A program made the position numbers and the translations under genes. A stretch of DNA of 63,992 nucleotides, the filler included, from Stramenopiles sp. TOSAG23-2 (taxonomy: Eukaryota): assembly GCA_900128395.1 (NCBI GenBank). It is 5 parts of 5 records of this genome, joined end to end, with 100 filler letters (N's around TTAATTAATTAA, not from the genome) between each part and the next. Parts side by side here need not be neighbours in the genome. Positions count along the whole stretch, not along the records: positions 25,843 to 38,637 come from LT649834.1; positions 38,738 to 51,497 come from LT649835.1; 3 more parts are not named here. The stretch is one strand, 5' to 3'. The notes below the pieces were generated by a model, which saw only the letters and a list, made by a program, of their open reading frames with translations, was not told the DNA's origin and ran no database searches. Below are positions 33,930-46,687 of this stretch, piece by piece (the stretch's first letter is position 1; each line of letters begins with the position of its first letter).

Positions 33930-35519
33930 ATGCCGAGGAAAAAGAAGAAAACCGTTGGTAAATATGAGTTAGGAAAATTGTTGGGGGAAGGTACATTTGG
34001 AAAAGTACAATTAGGCACAGATATTGAAACAGGTGATAAAGTTGCTGTTAAAATATTATCAAAAGCTAAATTGCAACAACAAAATATGGGTTCTCAAATT
34101 AAAAAAGAAATATCGATTATGAAGTTAGTCAATCATCCAAATGTATGCAATTTAGTGGAAGTTTTAGCTAGCAGTTCTAAAATCTTTATTGTATTGGAAC
34201 TAGTTACTGGGGGCGAACTTTTTGATAAAATTGTTGATGCTGGCAAGTTTTCGGAAGACGAAGCACGGAAATATTTCTTCCAACTAGTCAGTGGTGTATT
34301 GTATTGCCACAACCAAGGTGTCGCCCATCGTGACCTAAAGCCTGAAAATTTGCTATTAGACGATAGTGATAACTTGAAGATTTCTGATTTTGGCTTATCA
34401 GCGATGAATTTAGCAGGGGCAGAGGAAATGGAAGGTGGAATGAAAGAACTTTTACATACAACGTGTGGCACACCAAATTATGTTGCACCGGAAGTATTAG
34501 CAGATAAAGGATATGATGGTTACAAAGCAGATACATGGTCATGTGGCGTTATTTTATATGTATTTTTAGTGGGTTATTTACCATTTGATCAACCGACGAT
34601 GGCATTGTTGTTCAAAACGATAGCAAGGGCAGATTTTGAATATCCACAATGGGTAGTTGGCGATGCTAAAGATTTGATAGGTAGGCTTTTAACTGCAGAT
34701 CCAAGCAAAAGGATTGAATTGAAAGATGTGCTTGATCATCCATGGTTGAAAAGTGCTGGGGGATCCAATGGACCGTTGCCAAAAACAGCAAGTTCCTTGA
34801 AAGTTACCCCAAGTGAATATGACTTAAAGCGAGCTGTGAAAGCTTTGAATATGAAAGGGGAGGATTATGATGATGCGAACGAGGAGGATGTTATGGCATC
34901 AGATAGTGATAACAATACTTTTATGAAAGTTACCCCAAGTGAATATGACTTAAAGCGAGCTGTGAAAGCTTTGAATATGAAAGGGGAGGATTATGATGAT
35001 GCGAACGAGGAGGATGTTATGGCATCAGATAGTGATAACAATACTTTTATCACAGTTTTTGACATTGTGGCCAATTTGACGTCATTAGGTTTAAATCGTA
35101 TATTTATGTCGGAAGAATACAAGAAACGTATTAAGCGCAGCATTACATATGTATCTGAAAAACCACTAAATGAAATCTACAATCTTGTAGATACCAAATG
35201 CAAAGCAATTGCAAAAGAAAAGAGTCTTGAATTCACATGCAAAAATCTTGCTGGTAAAAATAAAGTGGAATTGACATTTCAAGGGGGTCAAGGTATCGTA
35301 AAAATAGTAGCAAAAATACAACAAATAAGTGAAAAACCGCTAATGTATTGGGTAACATTTGCAAAAGTTAGAGGTCCATTGCTAACATATGTAGATGTAG
35401 TTCGTGCGTTGCAAAGTACAGGGAGGAAACCAGAGGAAGGTGATACGCCATTGGCGGCATTAGATATTTTACTTGGTGCAGAAGGTAGCACAAGTGATAA
35501 AAAAAAACAAGAGTTATAA
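33930..35519 (+). CDS. CIPK/SnRK3-like Ser/Thr protein kinase
   Basis: GKYELGKLLGEGTFGKV, QIKKEISIMKLV, HRDLKPENLLLD, LLHTTCGTPNYVAPEVL, GYDG..AD.WSCGVIL; NAF-like ITVFDIV; contains an exact 126-bp duplication (34798/34924). Confidence 0.9.
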   Translation: MPRKKKKTVGKYELGKLLGEGTFGKVQLGTDIETGDKVAVKILSKAKLQQQNMGSQIKKEISIMKLVNHPNVCNLVEVLASSSKIFIVLELVTGGELFDKIVDAGKFSEDEARKYFFQLVSGVLYCHNQGVAHRDLKPENLLLDDSDNLKISDFGLSAMNLAGAEEMEGGMKELLHTTCGTPNYVAPEVLADKGYDGYKADTWSCGVILYVFLVGYLPFDQPTMALLFKTIARADFEYPQWVVGDAKDLIGRLLTADPSKRIELKDVLDHPWLKSAGGSNGPLPKTASSLKVTPSEYDLKRAVKALNMKGEDYDDANEEDVMASDSDNNTFMKVTPSEYDLKRAVKALNMKGEDYDDANEEDVMASDSDNNTFITVFDIVANLTSLGLNRIFMSEEYKKRIKRSITYVSEKPLNEIYNLVDTKCKAIAKEKSLEFTCKNLAGKNKVELTFQGGQGIVKIVAKIQQISEKPLMYWVTFAKVRGPLLTYVDVVRALQSTGRKPEEGDTPLAALDILLGAEGSTSDKKKQEL

Positions 35520-36089
35520 AAAAAAATATATATGTACACACCACATTTTCTATTATAAAATTAGTTTATTTTACTTGGTGCAGAAGGTAGCACAAGTGAT
35601 AAAAAAAAACAAGAGTTATAAAAAAAAATATATATGTACACACCACATTTTCTATTATAAAATTAGTTTTATTTTTAAATATTAAAGTGTATTATCTTCT
35701 TTTTGTGCGTCTTTTTCATTTAAAAATGATATTCGTTATATATAATATACATTTTATATGAAATTCGGATAATATGGAATTACTTGTTATTTTGTAAAGT
35801 GTACTTTTTTTTCATTTTTAATAAAACACCTTCTCTCTCTCTCTCTCTCTCTCTCTCAATATTATAATATCTACACAACAAAATATAATTCATTTTGTAT
35901 TTTTAACTTTTAATATGTATCATATAATATATGATTACTTATCATATCAATCACCAGTTTTCTCAAAATGAAAATTTAATTGATCCCTCATCATATTTTT
36001 TTGCTGATGCTTCACGAATTAAATTCATAGACATTGCTAATGATTACTTATCATATCAATCACCAGTTTTCTCAAAATGAAAATTTAAT

Positions 36090-36512
36090 TTATTCCTCAT
36101 CATATTTTTTTGCTGATGCTTCACGAATTAAATTCATAGACATTGCTAAACTCCATAAGAATAGAATGCTTCTGAATGCACTTGTTGCGCCGCTTTGAAC
36201 GAAGTACATGACGGAATATGCAGTACGCAAAGCGACAAATAACGTACCGTATTTAGATAAACGTGTTTCGTCGACATCAGCAGCAATTCCACAACCCATA
36301 GCAGCTAAAAAGAAAGGAGTAATCTCTAGACCATTTAAATGCATATTATGCAACCTTGCAAAAGCACCATCGGGGTTTGCGGCTAGGATCCTTGCAATTT
36401 GATCCCTTGGAGTGACATTATTGACTCCGGAAGATCCACCTCCACTCTGTAAGAACAATCGTAAAAACATTGGAGTATATAATACCGTAATGGAATGTAC
36501 CATGCTCATCAT
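36090..36512 (-). CDS. MAPEG family membrane protein (5' end uncertain)
   Basis: NNVTPR, ARLHNMHLNGLE, FVALRTAYSVMY, FRSILF MAPEG pattern. Confidence 0.8.
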   Translation of the reverse strand: MMSMVHSITVLYTPMFLRLFLQSGGGSSGVNNVTPRDQIARILAANPDGAFARLHNMHLNGLEITPFFLAAMGCGIAADVDETRLSKYGTLFVALRTAYSVMYFVQSGATSAFRSILFLWSLAMSMNLIREASAKKYDEE

Positions 36513-37421
36513 TGGTGTGAACGATGCCGGAATATATAAGTAATTTTACCTAAGAACACCATACTAGGTAAAACTTCAAGGTAACGTTGCTAATATCGAC
36601 ATGGTGTTTATAATAAGCTTCTACTGTTTTTTGATAATGACAGTGCTAAATAATATTTTTCTATCAATACGCCTCAAAGATCGATTTAATCTGTTCAGGT
36701 TATATCTATATATATATATACATATCTTCTTCTCTCCTTGCCAATCTCCAAACTCGTATTAGTAATTAAGATTTCAGTCTAACAATGCCTGTGGAAAAAA
36801 ATGGATATATATTATGCCTCTATTGATATTTTGCGTTGATGGTAATATGTACCTGGTAATCCGTATGGTAATTAATTTATAGATTAGGGTTCAGGTTTTT
36901 CTCCTACAATACTCGTACTCTAAATACCCTTTTTATTACACTTCCCATTCCGTCTTCTTCGGAAAAACAAATGCACAAATTAAAATCGAAAAATTAAACA
37001 ACATCTCAATCACAAACAACAACGCAACAACGCAACACACAAATAATCTAAATTCTATTATTTTTTTCCCATTGTTATACGTTTTAAAATAGCCGCCTTT
37101 TTTGGGCATCCATCCCATCAACTTAAACCCTTTCTCCCACCTTTATTTCTCTCTTGGCTGGCCCAGGGCTGGCACTGATTCGTTAGCAATGGTATTTCTA
37201 TCTTAAAATATATTATACCATGCAAAGATCCAATATTATTATCCAATAATAAAAAAATTATTATTATATAAAGCTATAAAGAAGAAAGTACGGTGTATAT
37301 ATATATTGTACATAACAACAATACATATACAACAAGATAGTACAATAGTAGTAGTAGTAATAGTAATAGTAATAATAATATATATATATATAATTTTTTT
37401 TTAGTTTAAAAGAAAGAAAAA

Positions 37422-37721
37422 ATGGGTAACGCATGTTGGGGTGGTAAAGATGAAGAAAGTGCAAACAAAGATCCAGAGGATAAGGACGCTGCAGAAATTA
37501 AAACAAAAACGGAGGGTGCTGAAGGGACGAAAGCTGAGGATGTAGAAGTTAAGGCAGAAGACAACAAAGAAGGTGACGGTGATAAAGCTGAAACAGAGGC
37601 TGAAACAACAGAAGATAAAACCGAGGCAGAGGCTGAAACAACAGAAGATAAAACCGAGGCAGAGGTTGAAAAAACAGATGAAGCTGAAAAAACTGAAGCA
37701 GAAGCTGAGAAAACGGAATAA
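37422..37721 (+). CDS. Small acidic repeat protein with N-terminal dual-acylation motif (MGNAC)
   Basis: MGNACWGG start; E/K/A/T/D-rich; 33-nt tandem repeat encoding EAETTEDKTEA. Confidence 0.75.
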   Translation: MGNACWGGKDEESANKDPEDKDAAEIKTKTEGAEGTKAEDVEVKAEDNKEGDGDKAETEAETTEDKTEAEAETTEDKTEAEVEKTDEAEKTEAEAEKTE

Positions 37722-38044
37722 ATTAACAATGGCGTCGTCACAACCTAACTTTGTATGAACGCTTCGTGTACATTTTTGATAAAGAAAGAAAAGAACTTTG
37801 ATTGACTTTGAATTTTAACTATATGTGTGTGAATGTATATGTATTTTGCAATTTGAGACTTTGGTAATAAAACACATTTAAATTCTCTGTATTTAATATT
37901 TTATAAAATATGATATCATACGAACATATTTTACAGGTATGATATGATACCATATCATATCAATATGATATGTTATGCATGATATGCATATGATATCATA
38001 TCATACGCCTCGTACACACATCTTTATATCATATATTACACACT

Positions 38045-38637
38045 CTATTTTTCCTGGAATCGAATAATTTCATCTAATTCGACATCATTGTCATGTTCCC
38101 CATCATCAAATGTAACTTCAAATTTACCATCACTTAGTATTGAATTAACAATTCCTTGATATGCAGTATTTTCTTCCCAACCGTCTCTTTCAGGGTTCAT
38201 AATCCATATTCGATACCTTTCTTTTATGATGGCATCTTTTGCTAATACCATTTCATCCTCAACCATGTCTTCTATCTCTTCGTCATTTTCATCATGAAGT
38301 GTTACATTCATATCCCCATTTTTCTTTTTAGAATTAAATGTACATTTAAATACTTGGTTTTTTTCATATCCATCCTCTGCGTCCCACCTCCCATAAACAT
38401 CTTTTAACCATATTGTATCTCCTGGGTTTAATTGTTTAGCCTTTTCTTCTTCTTCCGCTTTTTTTTTCGCAGCTGCCTCTTCTTCCTCCTCTTTTCGCTT
38501 TGCTTCCGCTTCTTCCTCCTCCTTTCGCTTTGCTTCTGCTTCTTCCTCTTCCTTTCGCTTTGCTTCTGCTTCTTCCTCCTCTTTTCGCTTTGCTTCTGCT
38601 TCTTCCTCCTCTTTTCGCTTTGCTTCTGCTTCTTCCT
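38045..38637 (-). CDS. 5'-truncated protein: EEEEAEAKRK helical repeats followed by Tudor/SH3-like beta domains
   Basis: Frame is open from the gap to the stop at 38045; 30-nt tandem repeat; YQGIV...GKFEVTFDDGE resembles Tudor. Confidence 0.65.
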
Positions 38638-38737
38638 NNNNNNNNNNNNNNNNNNNNNNNNNNNNNNNNNNNNNNNNNNNNTTAATTAATTAANNNNNNN
38701 NNNNNNNNNNNNNNNNNNNNNNNNNNNNNNNNNNNNN
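38638..38737. other. Artificial contig spacer
   Basis: 44 N + TTAATTAATTAA + 44 N. Confidence 0.97.
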
Positions 38738-39120
38738 CTTTCAACATTTTACTTGTAAAAATGGTGTTTTTCTGCCATGTTTTCTGTATTTCATTTCCTA
38801 TTATATTTATACTTAATATAGTCCTTTTCATATACTCAATAGATTTGTAGTGTTAAAAATATTTGATAGGCTATATTAGGTATTTTTTGTACTTCCAAAA
38901 AATAAAAATCCAAAAAAATATCATCATTCTTCTGGCGGTATTTTATCATCCAACCAATGTGCCAATAATAATAATAAAAATTATTACAGTATTGATAAAG
39001 GCATACAAGTAAAGTGTTAAACACAAAATCGTTCCAACAAATAGACAAAAGAAAATATACAAAAAGAAAACAAAATCATACTAATCTCTTTTTAATATAT
39101 TTAATATTCAACGAAACAAC

Positions 39121-42100
39121 ATGAGATCAAGTAAAATATCATCATCGTCTGCATCGAAACGGACAGGATCCAGAAGGGTTGGGAGTACACGTACTTCAAG
39201 GTCACCAAGCCCACGAAGCAAATTAGGAAGAACAAAAGATAAAAATAATAATAAAAATAGTAATAATAGAAATATAGATGAGCCACCTTTGTTATCGATA
39301 CAATCATTAAAATCCGAAAAGAAAAAGCCATGGGAATCACTTGTATCTAAAGATTTTATCGAAGAATTGTGGATGGAAAAAGAAGAATCGTCCGCAATAA
39401 CAACATCAAGGAATATGAATACATTCACTGCACTTAGAATCCGGTCATTGCGGAAAAATAATAATAATAATACAAACGATAAATACAAACCATTAACAAT
39501 TATAGAAGGTAGTGATGGTAAAACAATAAGTATCAAGAATCCATTGACAAAGAAGACTACCGACTTTTACACCATTGATTACCTTCAAAATGAAGAAAAG
39601 AGGACCAAAGACAGCAGCAGTGATGCAAACAAGTCACTGGATAGCTCTACTATTAGCACCACTACCACTAATAATAATAATAATAGTAATAATAACCAAC
39701 AAAAAATATTTCAACGAATTGCACCAGATTTGTTTTTAGATATTTGGAAAGGCTATTACAGCAAGGTAATAACTATCGGCGATCGTTTATCTGGAAAATC
39801 GCATACATTGTTTGGAGAAAGTGTCGAAAAACCCTCAAGTGCCGGAATGATTCCTCAGTTTTCCGCTGCATTGTTTGGATTTATTGAAAAAGATCAAAAC
39901 GTCAATAAAGCGACAAGCTGGGTGGTTGAAGTTAGTGGCTATACCGTACGAAATAATAAAATAAAAGATCTATTATTGCCATCTCAAAATTACCTGATAG
40001 ACGATATGGAAAATAAAGAGCTAGTCAAACTCATCGATAGTACAGATGGCGGAATTAAATACATCTACAACAATGATGCAACGGCGACACATTTGATACA
40101 TTTGAAAAGAAAATTTGTCAATAGTTATTCTGATATGTTAAATGTTTTAGAGGAACTTTATGTAGGTCGTTTGTTAGATTTAACTTTAAATCGTGGCAAT
40201 CCTACTACAGTTGTTAATATACGCCTGTGTAGAAAGGGTTCCCAAACCAATATTGGCATGAGTTCCATGAATTTACATACAAATGAAAGCAGTAAAGATA
40301 TGCATGTATCAAGCATTGATGCCATGGATGAAGATGTACATTCAATGATTACATTTGTCGATGTTGCTGCACCTGCAAAAAATAACAAGAAAAAAGTAAC
40401 ATCATTGATGAAAATTGCTCAAAAACATATTTCTTCAAATAGTCAAAATGACGATGGAGAGCTTATTTTAAGAAATTGGAACAATAGAAATCGCAGCAAC
40501 AGTAGCAGTAATGGTAACAATAGAGTAGAAGGAAAAGGACAAGATGAAAAAAATAAAAGTTACGAAGAAGATAATATAAATGTCGATATTCCAACCCCCG
40601 TTAATCTTGCAACAGACGATGATAACAATAGCTATAAGAACAATAATAATGAAACAGCTGTTAATAATAATGACCTATTTACTGCAAAGTTTTTACAAGA
40701 TTCACTTTCTGGTGATTCACGTATATACATGATTGGATGTATTCACCCTTCTAAATCTGAATTCCCTACTTCCATGAAGCGTATTAAAATGGTATCAAAA
40801 TATCAAGGTTTAAAATCGAACCCGATAAAATTAAATACAAAACGGATTCATATCCTACAAGTTTTACGAAATATAATTGATCGTCACGAATCAAATCATG
40901 ATAATGCCAATAACGATGGAACAAATTTGAATCTTCATAATGTGAAAAATTGGTTCAATTATGAAGCTTTTCATTGGGATTCTCATAATCTATCAGAGAT
41001 AGAAAAAGTTTCATGTAATAATACCGAGGATGAAAAAGATAAAAAACCAAGCGATGGTAGTATTCTTATAGATGAAACAGATAAATCAAGTACGAAAAAT
41101 GATGGTAAAAAGAAAATACCTTTGGTTAATTCGATGGCGCAATCAAAAATGCGACCATTAATATCGTTAAAGGAACGTCGTAGGAACAAAAATTTACTTG
41201 TAAAAGACACTGCGAAAGACTTGGATAAGGTTGCACGAGATCGTTATACAAGGTATTTTGTGTTTCAATGCAAAGATCCGTTACTGTCATCAAACATACA
41301 ATTGGAAGTGTCTCCTGGTCGATTGCGTTTCACAGGAAAACATCAAAAATATTATGATGATACCGGCCGTCAAGTAGTACTAGAAGGGTTGCCAAAGAAA
41401 GGATTAGGCTGCGAAGTTTTAAATCTAGATGGTTTGATGACAATTGTTAAAAGGCATTCACATGTTAATGTGTTAGTTAATGGTAAATCAATAGATTTAA
41501 ACATAGATAAGGAAGTAAAAGTTGGGGATAGAGTTATTATTGCAGATAGATATTTCTTCTTGCTTGAAGACGGAGGCAATAGCAAAAAAACGGAAGGCGG
41601 CGATGAAAAAAAGAAAACAAAGTCATCACCTTCAAAAAGAACAGCTGCATCATCATCTACTCGTCGTGGTCGAAGTCCATCACCAACAAAACGAACTTCT
41701 CCCTCAAAAAAATTGGCTTCTGCAACAGCTAAAAGTAGTAGTAAAAAAGTTGTTGCTGGAAGTAACAACGATGAATTATACGCAGATATGTTGAAAGAAT
41801 CTTTAAAAACAAGAGCGGATCAGCATTTTAAGAATATGGAAGCAAACGTGAAGTACTTTTCAGTACATACATTCAATAATGGCGATAGTAGTGATGATGA
41901 AGATTATTTGGAACTACCTAAAGATGAAATTGCGAAAGTAACGTTAAAATCAACCACTGCGGCAAAGAAGAAAAGTCCAGAAAAAACCAAAGGTTCAACG
42001 TTGCAAAAAAAATCCTCTTCGTCCAGTCTTAGAAAAAGAGCATCATCGCCAAAAAAAGATACTGCAAAAACAAAAAAAAAGTGCATCTAGCAAAATTGCT

Positions 42101-44506
42101 AGTGCTGACCAAGGAGCCTCAACTATAAATACAACTAGTAAGTTGGATAAATTGAACGACGTTATTACTTTAATTCACGAGGCAAATAATTTAGCTAAAT
42201 CGTACGGTGTGCACGTTATATTTCAACCGCACTACTTTTTGCCTATCAATGCAAATCCACGATTATGGTTAGAAGGGTCTTTTTCAAAAGAAGAAATGAG
42301 TCATTTAGATATTTTGATACTAGGTTTAAAAATTCCTGGCGATTCCGAAGTAATGTCGGACTTGACATCTTCCATCTTCTGCGCAACAACCCCAATTCAT
42401 TTCGCTGAGGTAGTAGCAACGTTAAATGGACATCAAAAAAGTAGCAATCAAAATGAAGAAGGCGATGAACAGGATAATGATAAGCTATTTTTTGAAGCAT
42501 TTTTAACCTCGATGGGATACGATGCTGCCTGTGCTCATCATCCAGGACAAATGAAAATATATACAGAACATAAACAATTAAGGGGTCAAACGGTCCAGCT
42601 ACTATCGAAAAATACCTCGTTGATTAAAGATTATGAGAAAATGTCGAAGAATTTAACAGTGGAAAATAAAGATTTGAAAGATAGATTAGCCAAGTCGATT
42701 TCAGAATTAACATTAGATGGTATTATTGCAAAAGTCGAAATGATTGAAGAGCATAAAATGAATCGACGCTTATTAAAAAATAAATATGAAAGCACGATGC
42801 AAAAATTTTACGATGTAGCGCAAAATGCTACGTTGAGGGTTGAAGCACAACAAGAGGAGATGAAGCAGCAGGATTTAATGCAAAAAGCAGAAGTGGATAA
42901 TTTAAAAGGACACATAAAAGATTTAGAACGTATCTTGCAAAAAACGAAAGATTCTTTGATGAAGGCAAATAGTATGAGAATCGATAGATTTTTATCGAAA
43001 CGGGAATTAATACAAGAGTACGAAAATTTGCTGGGCCGCTCACGATCTAAAAGTCCGTCCAGAAGGTCAGGATCACCCCGTCGTCGTAACATGCAAAATA
43101 AAAACAATATGCACGAAAGAGAAGTGTCCTTTGAAGGGGGCGAAGATCTGGAGAAACTATCTTTAATAGCAACGCTAAATGAAAAAGACATAACAATAAT
43201 AGAGTTGCAAAAAGAAGTTGCACATTTAAGATCTACACTGGAAAGTTCAAATTTAATATCTAATGCAACTCGTGCATTGACCCCATCACCGACACAAGAA
43301 GATATTGACAATATTTATATGCACACGGAAAATGCACCGTTGACATTCGATAAAATATCAGATTCATCCATTAACAGCGCTGTTCTTGCTAACAATATTA
43401 TTGAAACGCAACCAAATAACAATGGTAATGAGGAAAAGAGTACAGATAAACTAAACGAGGCGGTGAATGTGTTGGGTAATCCGCCAAGTACAGATAAGAA
43501 GAAAAAAATGACTACGGTTATTAGCAGAACAACTAATATCCAACCAATAAAATTAGGTATGCCACCAAATAATGTAAAAATTTTTTCCAAGAATAGGACA
43601 CCACAAAAAAATTATAATGTTATTAGTAACAATAATAAACAGTTTAATGATAATGATTACAAGAATTATCAACAAGCATTGCAAGTGGTACAAAGTCATA
43701 AAAAGAAAATTTTGCAGTTAGAGGAAACTATAGTAAATCAAAGAGATAAAATAGAAGCTCTTGAATTTGAAAACGATGAGCTTTTAAATGCAAATAATAT
43801 TTTGAAAGAACAAGTTGCGTCTCATCTAACGAAGATTCAGCGTATATCACGTACCACTGTAAAATCAAAAGAATTAAAAGAAATGTTAACATATGTTAGT
43901 CACATGGAATCAATGCTAGAAAATACAGTAAAAGAGCATCAATTATTGCAAAAACAACAGAGCAAAATGAGAATAGCAAAAATGAGCGAAGATGCAGAAT
44001 ATGGTTATGATGTGAAAATCAGTAGAATGTCTATCAGTAATAATGACAATAACAATACTACTACTACTACTACTACTACTAATAATAATAATAGTAATGT
44101 AAATGCAAAAATAAAAAGAGCAAAAAGTAACAGGAAAAAAATATTAGAAAATACATCAAAGCGAATGAAAAAGAAAAATGCAATAAAACGCAAGAACAAC
44201 AATAATCGTGTCAAGCGTTCATCTATTGATTTGTCAGAGTCGTACTCAAGTCGATCAGCAATGTTTGAAGATGACAATGAGTCTACTAACAGCAGTAGCA
44301 CAAACAGGACATCTGAAAAGAAAAGAAGATCAAAAGAAGATGAACAAGAAGAAGAGCAAAGGCAAAAATTGTGGACAAAGCTGTGGGCTTGGAAAGAGCA
44401 ACGTGATCAAGAAATGCAAACTGCATCTTACAATAATGAGTCACAACAGCAACAATTAAATAGCAGAGAGGGACGCAGTAATGATGGCAGTGTTGAAATT
44501 GATTAA
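39121..44506 (+). CDS. Divergent kinesin-3-like protein (degenerate motor + FHA-like + coiled coil), split by a 1-nt frameshift in A9 at 42072-42080
   Basis: QQKIF...GYYSKVITIGDRLSGKSHTLFG, IKDLL, FVDVA, LQDSLSGDSRIYMIGCIHP, DPLLS, VLVNG...GDRVII. Dropping one A links the two ORFs via KSASSKIASADQ...KLDKLNDV. Confidence 0.75.
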
Positions 44507-44570
44507 AAACATACACTATGATACGTATAATAATATATATGCGTATGTCATACACATAGCATATGATACT

Positions 44571-44610
<40 letters not shown>

Positions 44611-44886
44611 GTTATGCGAAATAAAATATAATTATATACCGAGTTAATTGCATTAATTATAATATATATTACTCATAATTATAATATTAATATAATATTA
44701 ATATACGTATATATACCTTTGAGAGTATGACGTACTTTTTAACCCTTTCATCAAACCAGATTGTCCATAATTTATACTGGGGACCCATTCACCCAGGTTT
44801 GCCTTTCAGCACACACTTCTTTTTGGTTGATAAAAGGGCTGTAAGTATTTTTGAGTTAATTAATTTTATGTTTTGGTGTTTTTTGT

Positions 44887-45872
44887 TTAGTGAAAGAGAT
44901 GGAAGAAAAGTAATATATATAGGTTATTTGTATCGCCGCCTGGATCAAATATGAAAACGTTTCCATCATGATGCCAATACTTACCTTGTGACATGAAAAT
45001 GGTACTATAATATCCATAGTACTTGGTACCAGCTAAATCTCCACAAACTTCCAATATTTTATTATCATTCATACATTTGTCCATATAACCATCATATTTG
45101 ATTATATCATTCTGGGGTAAAGCGGGTCCACATGAATAAATTAAATTTGTTCCAGTAGCAGAATTTATTTCAAATGCTAAAGCATTCATATCTACTTTAT
45201 TAGTAGAAGCATCATTTCCATTGGTAATTTTTCTAATAGTAGCTGATGTGTAAACATTTATATTAGATGTATCATAAGAAGCATCTGTTACTGAATCTAC
45301 TTCGGTTGTTACGGTAGAATTTACTTCAAATGCTAAAGCATTCATATTTACTTTAGTAGAAGCATCATTTCCATGGTAATATTTCTAATAGTAGCTGATG
45401 TTCCTACATTTATATTAGATGTATCATAAGAAGCATCTGTTACTGAATCTACTTCGGTTGTTACGGTAGAATTTACTTCAAATGCTAAAGCATTCATATT
45501 TACTTTAGTAGAAGTGTCATTTTCCATGGTAATATTTCTAGTAGTAGCTGATGTTCCTACATTGCTTGCAACCATAGTGCCTTCATGTTGTTTTAAACAC
45601 AATATTTGTTCATTAGTATCTGCTACTGGTGTTATAGTATGTCTGTATACATATTTATAAGCAATGACATTGTTAGTGAATATATATAATAGAGAAAGAA
45701 AGAAAAGAAAGGAAAGTAATATTTTGTTGTTATTGTTGTTGATGTTTTTTTTGTATGTAGGTTGTTGACTTTGTAGCTTCTCCTGCTCTACCCATTTTTT
45801 TGATGTTAAATTATTAACAATATTTTGTCGCCAAATGGTGTGTAAAGTATTTTTAGCGTGTATAGCTGCCAT
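44887..45872 (-). CDS. Hypothetical membrane-anchored protein with Thr/Ser/Asn-rich repeats; frame broken within a duplicated block
   Basis: TM ILLSFLFFLSLLYIF; MNALAFE(V/I)NS repeated three times; two abutting ORFs. Confidence 0.5.
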
Positions 45873-46124
45873 ATTCTTTATTTAATTTTTATTTTGTAAC
45901 TGTTTTTGTATTTTGTTATGTTTTTTGATTTTGTTTTCGATGTTTTTTACTTTCGTGGTATGTATATTTCTACGGTTCTCTTCTTGTAGTTGTTTTTATT
46001 TGTATTATTATGTTTTTTTGGCACTGCAACCACTATGTAAAAGTTTTTTGACATTAACATGTTGTGTCGACGTCACTTTGCAAAACTTCATCACTTTGCA
46101 AAACTTCATCACAGTGATGTGTCC

Positions 46125-46343
46125 CTGCTAAAAGTTTTAAGGCAAGATGATTTAGGATTTCTTCACTTTACAAGGAACTTTCTTCATTTACAAGGAAAGT
46201 TCTTTGTAAAGTGTGGGAAATTTCATATTTTAAAATAAACAAAATCTGAAATTCATCAATTACCATTCGCCTTAAACATTATATATTGGTTGGTAAACAA
46301 ACAAATCTAGACATCGTTGTTTGCCTTAAAACATTTTAGGCAG
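46125..46343. repeat. Nested foldback (imperfect outer inverted repeat + internal 19-bp hairpin), MITE-like
   Basis: CTGCTAAAAGTTTTAAGGCAA vs TTGCCTTAAAACATTTTAGGCAG; inner CACTTTACAAGGAACTTTC / GAAAGTTCTTTGTAAAGTG (46164-46213). Confidence 0.6.
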
Positions 46344-46687
46344 CTTACAAAATTTCTGCTATTTCTATATTATTAATATATAAGACTACAAAACAATATA
46401 CTTAATTTTCAAAAAGATAGGCGAAAAATATTTCACAAATAAATATACTGTATATTACCAATAATATATATATAATATCCAAGTAACAATTATACATCTA
46501 CATACACACATACATATATGATATCAATTAAGAAACAAAAATATTATTAATAATAAATCGATAACCAAAAATAAATAATACAATAAATATATCAATAAAA
46601 GACGCGTTATGATTTAAAAGCAACACGATCGTTTGGAACAAATGGTACGTACATGTATAAAAGTGTTTTATTTCTTTAAATCCAAAT

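Noticed and set aside
34798-35050. 42-aa repeat in the kinase linker
   Set aside because: Exact 126-bp tandem copy; same artefact class.
27743-36149. Other near-exact tandem duplications (near 27743/27882, 33043/33100, 35466/35568, 35931/36040; also about 45200-45520)
   Set aside because: They copy arbitrary gene ends or break frames, with microhomology at junctions; treated as artefacts unless raw reads span both copies.
37905-38010. ATATG/CATAT palindrome-rich patch
   Set aside because: Low-complexity microsatellite-like DNA at a convergent gene end; no specific structure supportable.
38467-38637. 30-bp tandem array resembling CRISPR or satellite
   Set aside because: No unique spacers; it encodes EEEEAEAKRK repeats on the minus strand.
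42072-42090. Programmed frameshift in the kinesin-like gene
   Set aside because: A_AAA_AAG is a -1 slippery motif, but the join needs +1; a homopolymer error in A9 is simpler.
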